A stretch of DNA of 64,000 nucleotides from Candidatus Omnitrophota bacterium (GTDB lineage: Bacteria; Omnitrophota; Gorgyraeia; Gygaellales; Profunditerraquicolaceae): the NCBI GenBank assembly GCA_018825985.1, contig JAHKAP010000052.1:6373-70372 (forward strand), read 5' to 3'. A model generated the notes under the pieces. That model did not search any database. It had not been told where the DNA came from and was given only the letters and a program-made list of their open reading frames with translations. The position numbers were made by a program, and so were the translations under genes. Shown here one piece after another: positions 9,922-18,938 of the stretch. Every line of letters starts with the position of its first letter. Within the stretch, counting starts at the first letter, position 1.

Positions 9922-10845
9922 ATGTTTAGAAAATTATTCAAGTTTGGCTTGGAAGGAAAGATTAAAGAATTAAAGAAAAAACGCGCTGCCGTCATCCTGG
10001 CTCATAATTACCAGCTGCCGGAAGTCCAGGACGTGGCTGATTACCGGGGGGATTCTTTGGAACTGAGTCGGATAGCCGCTAAAATTGATGCCAAGGTAAT
10101 TATTTTTTGCGGAGTGTATTTTATGGCTGAGACCGCGTCGATCCTTTGCCCTGATAAAAAGATCATTATGCCGGATACGTCTGCCGGATGCCCGATGGCA
10201 AACATGATCACGGCCGAAGACGTAAGAAACTTAAGAAAAGAGCATCCTCGGGCCATTGTTGTGGGCTACGTAAATACCTCGGCGGAAGTCAAGGCAGAGC
10301 TAGATGTCTGCTGCACTTCGACCAATGCCGTGGCAGTGGTCAATGCTTTTAAAGACGCCAAAGAGATAATTTTTATCCCGGATAAATACCTGGCGGATTA
10401 TGTTTCCAAAAAAACAGGCAGAAAACTTATCTCTTGGAATGGATTTTGTCCTACCCACGTGCAGATCCTGCCGGAAGATATAAAAAAAGAAAAAAAATTC
10501 CACCCTAAAGCTAAAGTTATAGTCCATCCTGAATGTCTGCCGGAGGTAGTAGCTATGGCGGATGCGGCATTATCCACCAGTAAGATGGGTCAATTCGCTA
10601 AAGAGACTTCTGCAAAAGAGATTATCGTGGGAACTGAAGTAGGAATAATTTATCGCTTAAAGCGGGATAATCTGGATAAGGAATTTTATCCGGCTTCTGA
10701 GCGGGCAGTCTGCCCGAATATGAAACGCACTACCCAGGAGAAGATTCTTTGGTCCTTGCAGGAGTTAAAAGAAGAGGTCAGGGTATCCGCAGACATAAGG
10801 TGTCGGGCGATCAAGGCCATTGATAAAATGCTTAAAATATTCTAA
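9922..10845 (+). CDS. nadA: Quinolinate synthase
   Basis: AHNYQ, GDSL, CGVYFMAE, GCPMA, CPTH, HPEC and CPNMK motifs. Confidence 0.96.
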   Translation: MFRKLFKFGLEGKIKELKKKRAAVILAHNYQLPEVQDVADYRGDSLELSRIAAKIDAKVIIFCGVYFMAETASILCPDKKIIMPDTSAGCPMANMITAEDVRNLRKEHPRAIVVGYVNTSAEVKAELDVCCTSTNAVAVVNAFKDAKEIIFIPDKYLADYVSKKTGRKLISWNGFCPTHVQILPEDIKKEKKFHPKAKVIVHPECLPEVVAMADAALSTSKMGQFAKETSAKEIIVGTEVGIIYRLKRDNLDKEFYPASERAVCPNMKRTTQEKILWSLQELKEEVRVSADIRCRAIKAIDKMLKIF

Positions 10846-11498
10846 TGGAGGATTATTTTAAATATAAGCTCAGCAATATCCCGGTAGTTTATGAGGATGA
10901 TTGGCTCCTGATCGTTGATAAGCCATCGGGACTTTTAACCATACCTACGCCTAAGGCTGAAGTCAGGACTTTAACCAGTATATTAAATGAAGAAATGGAT
11001 AAAAGGGGCGGTGGATTTAAGCTTCATCCCTGCCATCGCCTGGATAGAGAGACTTCCGGATTAATCATTTATGCCAAAGGTAAATCCACCCAGCAAAAGA
11101 TGATGGGGCTGTTTCACCAACAAAAGGTTCGTAAGTCCTATGTCGCTTTTGTCCAGGGTAATCCGTTTAGAGACGAAGGAGAAATTAAAAACCGGATTGG
11201 AGGAGAAAACGCCCTTACTGGGTATAAGGTTTGCCAGCGTAAAAAAGATTTCAGCGTAGTTGAAGTCAGTCCTTTGACAGGAAGGACGAATCAGATCAGG
11301 ATACATTTTAAGCAGATCGGCCATCCGGTTGTCGGTGATGATAAATTCGCTTTCCGGAAAGATTTTGCCTTAAGGTCAAAACATCTATGCCTTCAGTCTA
11401 AGGCAATAAGTTTTCCCCATCCGGTAAGCGCTAAAATAATCAGTCTGGATATACCCTTATCCGGATATCTGTGCGATTTTTTAAGGAAGCACCAATGA
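10845..11498 (+). CDS. RluA-family RNA pseudouridine synthase
   Basis: DKPSG, HRLDRETSG and TGRTNQIRIH motifs. Confidence 0.92.
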   Translation: MEDYFKYKLSNIPVVYEDDWLLIVDKPSGLLTIPTPKAEVRTLTSILNEEMDKRGGGFKLHPCHRLDRETSGLIIYAKGKSTQQKMMGLFHQQKVRKSYVAFVQGNPFRDEGEIKNRIGGENALTGYKVCQRKKDFSVVEVSPLTGRTNQIRIHFKQIGHPVVGDDKFAFRKDFALRSKHLCLQSKAISFPHPVSAKIISLDIPLSGYLCDFLRKHQ

Positions 11499-12235
11499 TA
11501 AAATATATCATATTAGGCATAACCCAGGGGCTTACTGAATTCTTGCCGGTAAGTAGTTCTGGCCATCTGGTAATTATGCAGCGGATTTTAGGGCTGCCAG
11601 GTGAGGAATTGGTTTTATCGGTAGTCCTGCATTTAGGGACCGTATTGGCCATTTTGGTTTTTTTATATAAGGATATAATTAAATTATTCCGGAATTTTAA
11701 ATTAGTATTACTCATCCTTCTAGTTACGGTTATTACCGGCGCTATCGGAATATCAGGCAAGGATTTTTTCAAGAGCCTGTTTTCTGGGCCTGAGTACTCC
11801 GTATTGGGGCTATTAGCGACAGGGATAATCCTTATCTTGACCAAAAAGATCAGGGGCCATGGAAGAGAGGATTTAAATTTTAAAGATGCTTTGATTCTAG
11901 GTTTTACCCAGGCAATAGCAATAATTCCCGGGATCTCCCGTTCCGGGATTACCATATCTACGCTATTATTCCGCGGCTTAAGCCCGGATGTTGTTTTCCG
12001 TTTTTCATTCTTAGCCTCGATACCGGTGATTTTAGGCGCGGCCTTATTAGAGGTTAAAGATATATCCCTAAGTTTTCAGGGCCATGTCAGTAATCTCATT
12101 GCCGGATTTATTTTTAGTTTTCTTGCCGGTATAATTGCCCTTTTATTATTGCGTAGGATAATTTTAAACGCCAAATTCCATTATTTTGGATATTATTGTA
12201 TAATCGTTGCTTTATTAATATTATTATTTATATAA
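11495..12235 (+). CDS. uppP: Undecaprenyl-diphosphate phosphatase (start probably ATG 11495)
   Basis: QGLTEFLPVSSSGHL and PGISRSG motifs. Confidence 0.94.
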   Translation: MIKYIILGITQGLTEFLPVSSSGHLVIMQRILGLPGEELVLSVVLHLGTVLAILVFLYKDIIKLFRNFKLVLLILLVTVITGAIGISGKDFFKSLFSGPEYSVLGLLATGIILILTKKIRGHGREDLNFKDALILGFTQAIAIIPGISRSGITISTLLFRGLSPDVVFRFSFLASIPVILGAALLEVKDISLSFQGHVSNLIAGFIFSFLAGIIALLLLRRIILNAKFHYFGYYCIIVALLILLFI

Positions 12236-12236
12236 G

Positions 12237-13136
12237 ATGAGCCTGTTAGTATTAGGGACAGTTGCCTTAGATACCGTAAAAACCCCGTTTGGACTGCGTA
12301 AGAAGATGTTGGGCGGTTCAGCTGTGCATTTTTCTATGTCGGCCCGTCTTTTTACCGATATACATTTAGTGGCGGTGGTGGGTGAAGATTTTCCCGCGCA
12401 GCATTTGAAATTTTTAAAAGGTAAAGGGATTGCTTTTGACTCTCTTGTTCAAAGCGCCGGCAATACTTTTCATTGGGAGGGTAAATACGAAGGAGATTTA
12501 AATAGCGCTGTTACGTTGAATACCCATTTAGGAGTGCTTTCGGATTTTAGTCCTAAAATCAGCCTCAAAGACAGGAAGATCGGGAACATATTTTTAGCCA
12601 ATATTGACCCGGATACCCAAATGAATTTATTGGAGGGGATGGATTCCCCTCGGTTCGTGGCGGTGGATAGCATGAACTATTGGATAGATACTAAGCGCGC
12701 TTCTTTGCTTCGCCTGCTAAAGAAGGTGGATATCTATGTGGCTAATGATGCCGAGGCCAGGAGTTTATCCGGCGAGACTAACTTGATCAAAGCTGCCAAG
12801 AGATTGCGTTCTTTAGGCCCGAAGACAGTCTTAATTAAAAAAGGCGAGCACGGGGTTTTGCTTTATAATGACAAATTTATTTTTAGCCTGCCTGCTTATC
12901 CGCTTAGCAGGGTTATTGATCCTACCGGGGCCGGCGATACGTTTGCCGGCGGATTTATGGGGTATCTTGCTAGGTCTGGAAAAAAAGATAAAGAGTCTTT
13001 TAAAAAAGCTATTTGTTACGGGACTGTTGCCGCTTCTTTTAATGTTGAGGGTTTTGGGGTGGAGAGAACCTCCAGGATTAATTTTGAACAATTGAAAAAA
13101 AGATTCAAGGAATTTAGGGAGATAGTTATATTCTAA
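12237..13136 (+). CDS. PfkB-family sugar kinase
   Basis: GGSA and DPTGAGDTFAGG motifs. Confidence 0.9.
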   Translation: MSLLVLGTVALDTVKTPFGLRKKMLGGSAVHFSMSARLFTDIHLVAVVGEDFPAQHLKFLKGKGIAFDSLVQSAGNTFHWEGKYEGDLNSAVTLNTHLGVLSDFSPKISLKDRKIGNIFLANIDPDTQMNLLEGMDSPRFVAVDSMNYWIDTKRASLLRLLKKVDIYVANDAEARSLSGETNLIKAAKRLRSLGPKTVLIKKGEHGVLLYNDKFIFSLPAYPLSRVIDPTGAGDTFAGGFMGYLARSGKKDKESFKKAICYGTVAASFNVEGFGVERTSRINFEQLKKRFKEFREIVIF

Positions 13137-13149
13137 ACGGAGGTTGCCG

Positions 13150-13596
13150 ATGCTTGAAGAAAAGATACTCACTGATTATAAAGAGGCAATGAAAAATAAA
13201 GATAGTTTAAGAAGCGGAATCTTGAGTTTCTTGCGGGCCCAATTTATGAATCTGGTCCTGGAAAAGAAGAAGAATAAACTGGATGACGCTGATTGTATGT
13301 CTGTGATCAGGAAACTGATTAAACAGCACCAGGACTCCATCGAGCAGTTTACTAAAGGATCGAGGCTTGACCTGGTCGACAAAGAAGCAAAAGAAATGGA
13401 GATCCTGAAAAGCTATTTACCCAAAGAATTAGGCCCGGATGAAGTTAAAAAGCTCATTGAAGAAGCTATTTCTTTAACCGGCGCCGCGGGCATGAAAGAC
13501 ATGGGCAAGGTAATGAAGGAAGTAATGTCTAAAGCCGCCGGGGCCTGCGATAATAAATTAGTCAGCGATTTAATCAGGCAAAAACTTACCGATTAA
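13150..13596 (+). CDS. GatB/YqeY domain protein
   Basis: DYKEAMK...DSIEQF...YLP...MKDMGKVM; GGAGG SD before ATG 13150. Confidence 0.9.
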   Translation: MLEEKILTDYKEAMKNKDSLRSGILSFLRAQFMNLVLEKKKNKLDDADCMSVIRKLIKQHQDSIEQFTKGSRLDLVDKEAKEMEILKSYLPKELGPDEVKKLIEEAISLTGAAGMKDMGKVMKEVMSKAAGACDNKLVSDLIRQKLTD

Positions 13597-13599
13597 AAG

Positions 13600-14799
13600 A
13601 TGTTCTCCTCGCTCTCTATCCGGAATTACCGCTTATACGGAAGCGGGATGTTTATTTCCTTTACCGGAACCTGGATCCAATCAGTAGCTTTGAGCTGGTT
13701 GGTTTTTCAACTGACTAATTCAGCTTTTTTATTAGGGTTGATTGGTTTTTTAAACTCGATTCCGGTATTTCTGTTTTCTTTATTCGGTGGAGTAGTCGCC
13801 GACAGGATGAATAAACGCAATGTGCTTTTATTTACCCAGACAGTTTTTATGGCTCTGGCTTTTATTTTGGCCGTTCTTACCCAGATGAAATTGATCACCA
13901 CTTGGCAGATAATGCTTATCGCACTTTTAAATGGGATGACCATGGCTTTTGACGCGCCCAGCCGCCAGGCAATGGTCGTGGATTTGGTAGGGAAAAAACA
14001 TTTAATGAACGCTATTGCTTTAAACTCCGCGGCCTTTAATTCCAGCCGGATAATAGGACCGGCCTTAGCCGGTATATTTGTAGCCAGTATCGGGATGAGC
14101 GGGTGTTTTTATATTAACGCCCTAAGTTTCATAGCGGCTATTATCGCCCTTTTATTTATTAATTTAACCTACGTCAAAAGCGCTAATGGCAAGGGTGGCT
14201 CAGCTATCGCGGATTTAAAAGAAGGATTGCTGTTTATCCGGGATAATCGCCTGATATTAATATTAGTGGTAATGATAGGGGTGATGAGTCTATTCGGGAC
14301 GTCTTATGTTATCCTGATGCCGATATTTGCCAATGATATTTTAAAAGTCGGGGTTAAGGGCTTGGGTATTTTAATGTCATCTGCCGGTATAGGCGCGGTA
14401 ATCGCGTCTTTAGCCCTGGCCAGGCTGGGAGACTTTAAATATAAGGGCAATTTATTAATAATATCGTCAATAGTATTCTCGATTTTTTTAATAACATTTT
14501 CTTTTTCCCGCAATTATTTATTTTCAATCATAAGCCTAATCCTGATGGGTTGGGGAAATGTTAGTTTATTCGCCCTGGTTAATACCATATTGCAGATTAG
14601 GGTTAAAGATGAATTCCGCGGAAGGGTAATGAGCGTATACATGTTTACTTTTGCCGGAATGATGCCTTTCGGTAATTTAATTTCCGGAAGCCTGGCTTCT
14701 AAGACCGGCGCCCCTTTTGCCGTGATGCTGGGAGGGGCTATTTGTCTGGCCTCATTTTTAGCCATTGGGCTCAAATATCCGGATTTACGAAAGCTTTAA
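13600..14799 (+). CDS. MFS transporter (MFS_3/DUF894-like)
   Basis: About 12 TM segments; GGVVADR, FDAPSRQA and RGRVMS motifs. Confidence 0.88.
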   Translation: MFSSLSIRNYRLYGSGMFISFTGTWIQSVALSWLVFQLTNSAFLLGLIGFLNSIPVFLFSLFGGVVADRMNKRNVLLFTQTVFMALAFILAVLTQMKLITTWQIMLIALLNGMTMAFDAPSRQAMVVDLVGKKHLMNAIALNSAAFNSSRIIGPALAGIFVASIGMSGCFYINALSFIAAIIALLFINLTYVKSANGKGGSAIADLKEGLLFIRDNRLILILVVMIGVMSLFGTSYVILMPIFANDILKVGVKGLGILMSSAGIGAVIASLALARLGDFKYKGNLLIISSIVFSIFLITFSFSRNYLFSIISLILMGWGNVSLFALVNTILQIRVKDEFRGRVMSVYMFTFAGMMPFGNLISGSLASKTGAPFAVMLGGAICLASFLAIGLKYPDLRKL

Positions 14800-14860
14800 T
14801 ATTTCATTTGATTTTTTACTAAGAAGTAATACAATGATTTCAAGAAAGGAGGAACAATAG

Positions 14861-15382
14861 ATGAGGAGATTTGGTTTTATAATATTAATTTTAGCGGTGG
14901 TTGTGGTCTTGGCTGGTTGCGGCAAGAAACAGGAGGCCCTGGAACAGATGCAGCAGCCTATGGCGCCCGAGGATTTAAGCAGGCTTAAGACTGAGGCCCA
15001 GGTTGCCACGGAGATGAAGCCGGAGGCTATAATGTTTCAATCCCAAAAGGCGGCTTCTGCGGGTTTACAGCCTCAAACAGCGGTAGCGCCGCAATCAGAG
15101 GTAAGGCTGGAACCGTTACCCCCGGCAGGACCTTATAGGCCTACAATTCACGAGATCCAGACAGCCTTAAAGAACTCTGGTTATTATATAGGTAAGGTTG
15201 ACGGTAAGGTTGGTCCGATGACCAAAAAGGCGATTGAAGAATTTCAGAAAGCCAATAATCTTAAGGTTGACGGTAAGGTTGGTCCTAAGACCTGGTCAGT
15301 ATTAAACCAGAACCTTAATCAAGCTTCAGCTGTAACAGCGGAAACTCTATCAGCTTCTTCTGCATCAAGCCAGAAAAGATAA
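14861..15382 (+). CDS. Lipoprotein with peptidoglycan-binding (PG_binding_1) domain
   Basis: LAGC lipobox; IQTALK..GYY.G.VDGKVGP.TKKAI.EFQ. Confidence 0.88.
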   Translation: MRRFGFIILILAVVVVLAGCGKKQEALEQMQQPMAPEDLSRLKTEAQVATEMKPEAIMFQSQKAASAGLQPQTAVAPQSEVRLEPLPPAGPYRPTIHEIQTALKNSGYYIGKVDGKVGPMTKKAIEEFQKANNLKVDGKVGPKTWSVLNQNLNQASAVTAETLSASSASSQKR

Positions 15383-15389
15383 GCTGGTC

Positions 15390-15418
15390 TTGAAAAATAT
15401 ATAGCCTTATGCTATTCT
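15390..15418 (+). promoter_or_regulatory. Sigma70-type promoter for the c-di-GMP aptamer RNA
   Basis: TTGAAA-17 bp-TATTCT with TG extension; predicted TSS about 15424. Confidence 0.55.
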
Positions 15419-15423
15419 TTAAT

Positions 15424-15620
15424 AGCCGATAAAGGCAAACTCTGGGAAACCAGGGGGCCCCTGCGGATTTATCGCAGGGCCCACTTAAGCCAAACGTGTA
15501 AACAGTCTGGCGTAGGCGGGGCAAAGCCACAGGCCTAATCCTGCCGATAGTAGAGGTGGGGATGGCGGCTGGGTTGCCGAAAGGGGCGAGGATATTTTAA
15601 TAGACCCGCCTTTATCGGCT
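15424..15620 (+). ncRNA. c-di-GMP-I (GEMM) riboswitch-like RNA with 62-nt insertion
   Basis: AAAGGCAAAC-TCTGG-GAAA-CCAGG-GGGC [insert] GCAAAGCCACAGGCCTAA...ATGGCGGCTGGGTTGCCG matches the Vc2 consensus; G20 retained at 15434. Confidence 0.8.
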
Positions 15621-15644
15621 GCTAAATTTCCGAGTTTTTAGAAT

Positions 15645-15676
15645 AATCCCAACATTTTTGTTGGGATTTTCTATTT
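15645..15676 (+). terminator. Intrinsic terminator-like hairpin
   Basis: AATCCCAACA-TTTT-TGTTGGGATT followed by TTCTATTT. Confidence 0.6.
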
Positions 15677-15697
15677 ACGGGTGGTATAATAGCCACT

Positions 15698-16921
15698 ATG
15701 ATTGTTTTCCCTCAGGGTTTTTTATGGGGCGCGGCCACTTCTGCCCATCAAGTCGAAGGCGAAAATAGAAATAATGATTGGTGGAAGTGGGAGAGGTCCG
15801 CAAATTTGAAAGAAACCTCCGGGAGCGCCTGCCGGCATTACCAGCTTTTTAAAGAAGACTTTGATCTGGCCCGGTCCCTCAATCATAATTGCCATCGTTT
15901 TTCAATCGAATGGAGCCGTATATTTCCTTCCAGCGGCGCAATTTCTCGCGAAGAGCTTACGCATTATCGGAATGTTATCCAGGCGTTAAAAGAACGGGGC
16001 CTGGAGCCTATAGTTAGTCTCCATCATTTTACCAATCCTCTTTGGTTCAGTAAATTAGGCGGCTGGGAGAATCCGGGATCTCAAGGGCACTACTTAAATT
16101 ATGTCCGCAGGGTAGTGGAAGAATTCGCCGATTTGGTTAAATATTGGGTGACTATTAATGAGCCTATGGTTTACGTTTATTATTCTTATGTTATCGGCGC
16201 CTGGCCCCCGCAGGAAAAATCTTTTTTAAAAGCCAGAAGAGTTACCGCTAATCTTATTTCCGCGCATACCCAAGCTTATAAATTGATCCAGGTAATTTAT
16301 AGAAATAAGGGATTGCCTAAGCCTGAGGTTGGCATCGCCAAGAATATGCAGGCTTTTGTTCCCTGCAAAAATAACTTTAGGAACAGATTGGCGGTTTATC
16401 TGCGGGATAAATCATTTAACTTCGATTTTCTAAACAAGTTGGCAAAGTCTAAAACCATGGATTTCATCGGGGTAAACTATTATACCCGTAGCCTGGTTGA
16501 GACTTCCAGTTGGTCGCTGAATAACGTATTGACCCGGATCTGCCAGGACAACCATAGTTCTCTTCTTAAGAATTCCTTAGGTTGGGATATTTACCCTGAA
16601 GGATTAGTCGACCTTTTATTAAGGCTCAAAATTTACGATCTTCCGGTGATAATCCTGGAGAATGGAATTTGTACTATGGATGATGCTCTAAGATGGAATT
16701 TTATTAATCAGCACCTGAAAAGTATAGGCATTGCCTTAGCCAAAGGAGTAAGGATTTCAGGTTATATCTATTGGTCCCTTTTGGATAATTTTGAATGGGA
16801 CAAAGGTTTTGGTCCCCGCTTCGGTTTAATCGGAGTAGATTATTCTGATTTCAGGCGCACGGTCAGAGAGAGCGCAAGAATTTTTTCCCTGGTTTGCAAA
16901 ACCGGGATACTTGAGCAATGA
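15698..16921 (+). CDS. Glycoside hydrolase family 1 (beta-glucosidase); probably leaderless
   Basis: FLWGAATSAHQVEG, RFSIEWSRI, TINEP, ENG and WSLLDNFEW motifs. Confidence 0.95.
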   Translation: MIVFPQGFLWGAATSAHQVEGENRNNDWWKWERSANLKETSGSACRHYQLFKEDFDLARSLNHNCHRFSIEWSRIFPSSGAISREELTHYRNVIQALKERGLEPIVSLHHFTNPLWFSKLGGWENPGSQGHYLNYVRRVVEEFADLVKYWVTINEPMVYVYYSYVIGAWPPQEKSFLKARRVTANLISAHTQAYKLIQVIYRNKGLPKPEVGIAKNMQAFVPCKNNFRNRLAVYLRDKSFNFDFLNKLAKSKTMDFIGVNYYTRSLVETSSWSLNNVLTRICQDNHSSLLKNSLGWDIYPEGLVDLLLRLKIYDLPVIILENGICTMDDALRWNFINQHLKSIGIALAKGVRISGYIYWSLLDNFEWDKGFGPRFGLIGVDYSDFRRTVRESARIFSLVCKTGILEQ

Positions 16922-18927
16922 AGACATTTAAAAAAGAACTGATTTTAAAAGAGATACCCCTGTTCGTAGGCCTATCCACTAAAGAGCTCATTCTTATTAA
17001 AGAAAGTTCGAGTTTAGTTGAATACCGTAAGGGGCAGGTTATATACAAAGAGGGAACCAATCCTTCGGCGTTTTATTGCATTGTTTTTGGCAGGGTAGTG
17101 ATCTCGGCCTTGGATTTCCAGGGGAAAGAAACAATACTTGAATATCTTCACCGGGGTAAATATTTCGGGATAATTTCTTTGCTTACCGGAGAACCCCATT
17201 CTGTCAGCGCCAAGGCTATTAATGACTGCCTACTTTTAGTTATAAACAAAGAAGAATTTGATTTCCTTCTCAAAAAAATATCCTCTTTGGCCATTGACTT
17301 GAGCCGGACTTTATCCCGCAGGCTAAAGCGCAAAGATATCCATGCTAAGAAGATATTTGAAAGCACGATCATTTCCGTCTTTAGTTCTTATCCCAGGGCA
17401 GGAAAGACTATCTACGCGGCAAACTTAGGCTTCGGCCTGAAAAAAGAAACCCATAAATCGGTAGTTATACTGGATATCTGCCCGAAAATTAAGACCCACA
17501 GCATGCCCAGAAGGTTGGGAATGGAATCCGGGTATAAAGTTTTTGACCTTTCCAACAAAGCTGCGGATATGAACAAAGTAAAAGAATTTATTTTTAAGGA
17601 TAGATTTGATATCGATATCATATTTTTTAATTACCGGCCTAAGGATAAATCTTATGTCAGGATGCTTTTGGGTATTTTAAGTTCATTGGTCAATGATTAC
17701 CATTATATAGTTTTAGACCTTCCTTCTTATATGGATGATTCAATTTTCGGTATTTTAAACCAATCAGACATAATTCACTTATTGACCAGTCCGGATCTGG
17801 CCGACTTAAAGAGAACTCGTAGGCTCATCCAGAAGATGAAAAACTATTTTTTCTTTTCCCCTTCCAAGATAAAAGTCATTATAAATGAATATAAATCAGG
17901 AAGATTAAGCTATCCTGAAGAAATGAAATTACTGGGTAGCAATATTTTTGCTGTCCTGCCCCGCATAGAATACAAGGAACCGGCAAGGTTATTTCTGGAT
18001 AAGCCTGCCTGCGAGTATGCCAAGACTATCCGCAGGATATCCCGCCAGGAAGGTGATTGTATGGTGGGATTAGCTTTGGGGATCGGCGTGGCCTATGGAT
18101 TCTGTCATATCGGAGTATTAAAAGTAATTGAAGAGGAAAAGATCCCCATAGATGTTATTACCGGCTCGAGCATGGGCGCGTTTGTTGCCGGATTATGGGC
18201 CTTGGGTAAATCAAGCGCAGAAATCTTGGATATTGCCCGGGAATTAAAGGCCCCTAGGTGGATATTCGGCATGTTGGATTTTACATTCCCCCGTTTGGGT
18301 TTTATTAAGGGTAACCGGCTTTATAGTTTAATCAAGAAATATTTTCAGGAAAAGACGTTTTATGATTTAAAAATTCCCTTGAAGATTATTGCCAGCGATA
18401 TTAAAATGAAGGAACCTAGGGTATTGGATAAAGGGCTTTTGGCAGATGCGATCATGGCCAGCTGTTCCATGCCCGGGGTATTTAAGCCCTTCCGGATAAA
18501 GGAAGATGCTTTATATGACGGCGGGGTGGTCCATCCTTTGCCGACCGAGCCTTTATTTGAGATGGGGGTGAAAAAGATAATCGCGGTTAATGTTACTCCA
18601 TCGCGCCAGGACATACTTAAACAGTATGAGAAAATAAAGGAAATGGTCATTAACAGCAAGGGTGCGGATAAAAAGCAGTGGTTTAATCTGGGTGAATATT
18701 TTAAAGAGAAGTTTAAGTCCAATATTTTGGATATTATTTTCAGTAGTTTTGAAATATTGCAATCGACAGTGGCGGAACAGGAAGGTAATCTTGCGGATAT
18801 AGTTCTACATCCGGATACTTCGGGGATGCATTGGTTAGAATTGCACAAGGCTGAAGAGTTCGCTAAAAGAGGCGAAGAGGAAACCCGTAGGTGTCTAGAT
18901 AAGGTCTGGGAGGTAATTAATGAATAG
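16918..18927 (+). CDS. cNMP-binding + MinD/CpaE-like + patatin phospholipase fusion
   Basis: CNB domain (IPLF.GL...YFGIISLL.GEPHS.SA), RAGKT...LD...LDLP, patatin GSSMG, ASCSMPG and DGG motifs. Confidence 0.82.
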   Translation: MKTFKKELILKEIPLFVGLSTKELILIKESSSLVEYRKGQVIYKEGTNPSAFYCIVFGRVVISALDFQGKETILEYLHRGKYFGIISLLTGEPHSVSAKAINDCLLLVINKEEFDFLLKKISSLAIDLSRTLSRRLKRKDIHAKKIFESTIISVFSSYPRAGKTIYAANLGFGLKKETHKSVVILDICPKIKTHSMPRRLGMESGYKVFDLSNKAADMNKVKEFIFKDRFDIDIIFFNYRPKDKSYVRMLLGILSSLVNDYHYIVLDLPSYMDDSIFGILNQSDIIHLLTSPDLADLKRTRRLIQKMKNYFFFSPSKIKVIINEYKSGRLSYPEEMKLLGSNIFAVLPRIEYKEPARLFLDKPACEYAKTIRRISRQEGDCMVGLALGIGVAYGFCHIGVLKVIEEEKIPIDVITGSSMGAFVAGLWALGKSSAEILDIARELKAPRWIFGMLDFTFPRLGFIKGNRLYSLIKKYFQEKTFYDLKIPLKIIASDIKMKEPRVLDKGLLADAIMASCSMPGVFKPFRIKEDALYDGGVVHPLPTEPLFEMGVKKIIAVNVTPSRQDILKQYEKIKEMVINSKGADKKQWFNLGEYFKEKFKSNILDIIFSSFEILQSTVAEQEGNLADIVLHPDTSGMHWLELHKAEEFAKRGEEETRRCLDKVWEVINE

Positions 18928-18938
18928 GGGAGGGGATT

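Noticed and set aside
15193-15285. 24-bp direct repeat TAAGGTTGACGGTAAGGTTGGTCC
   Set aside because: It encodes the two KVDGKVGP motifs intrinsic to the PG-binding domain; not a CRISPR array or target-site duplication
15424-15620. 6S, RNase P or tmRNA interpretation of the closed ~200-nt RNA
   Set aside because: It lacks their signature sequences, whereas the c-di-GMP-I landmarks match in order
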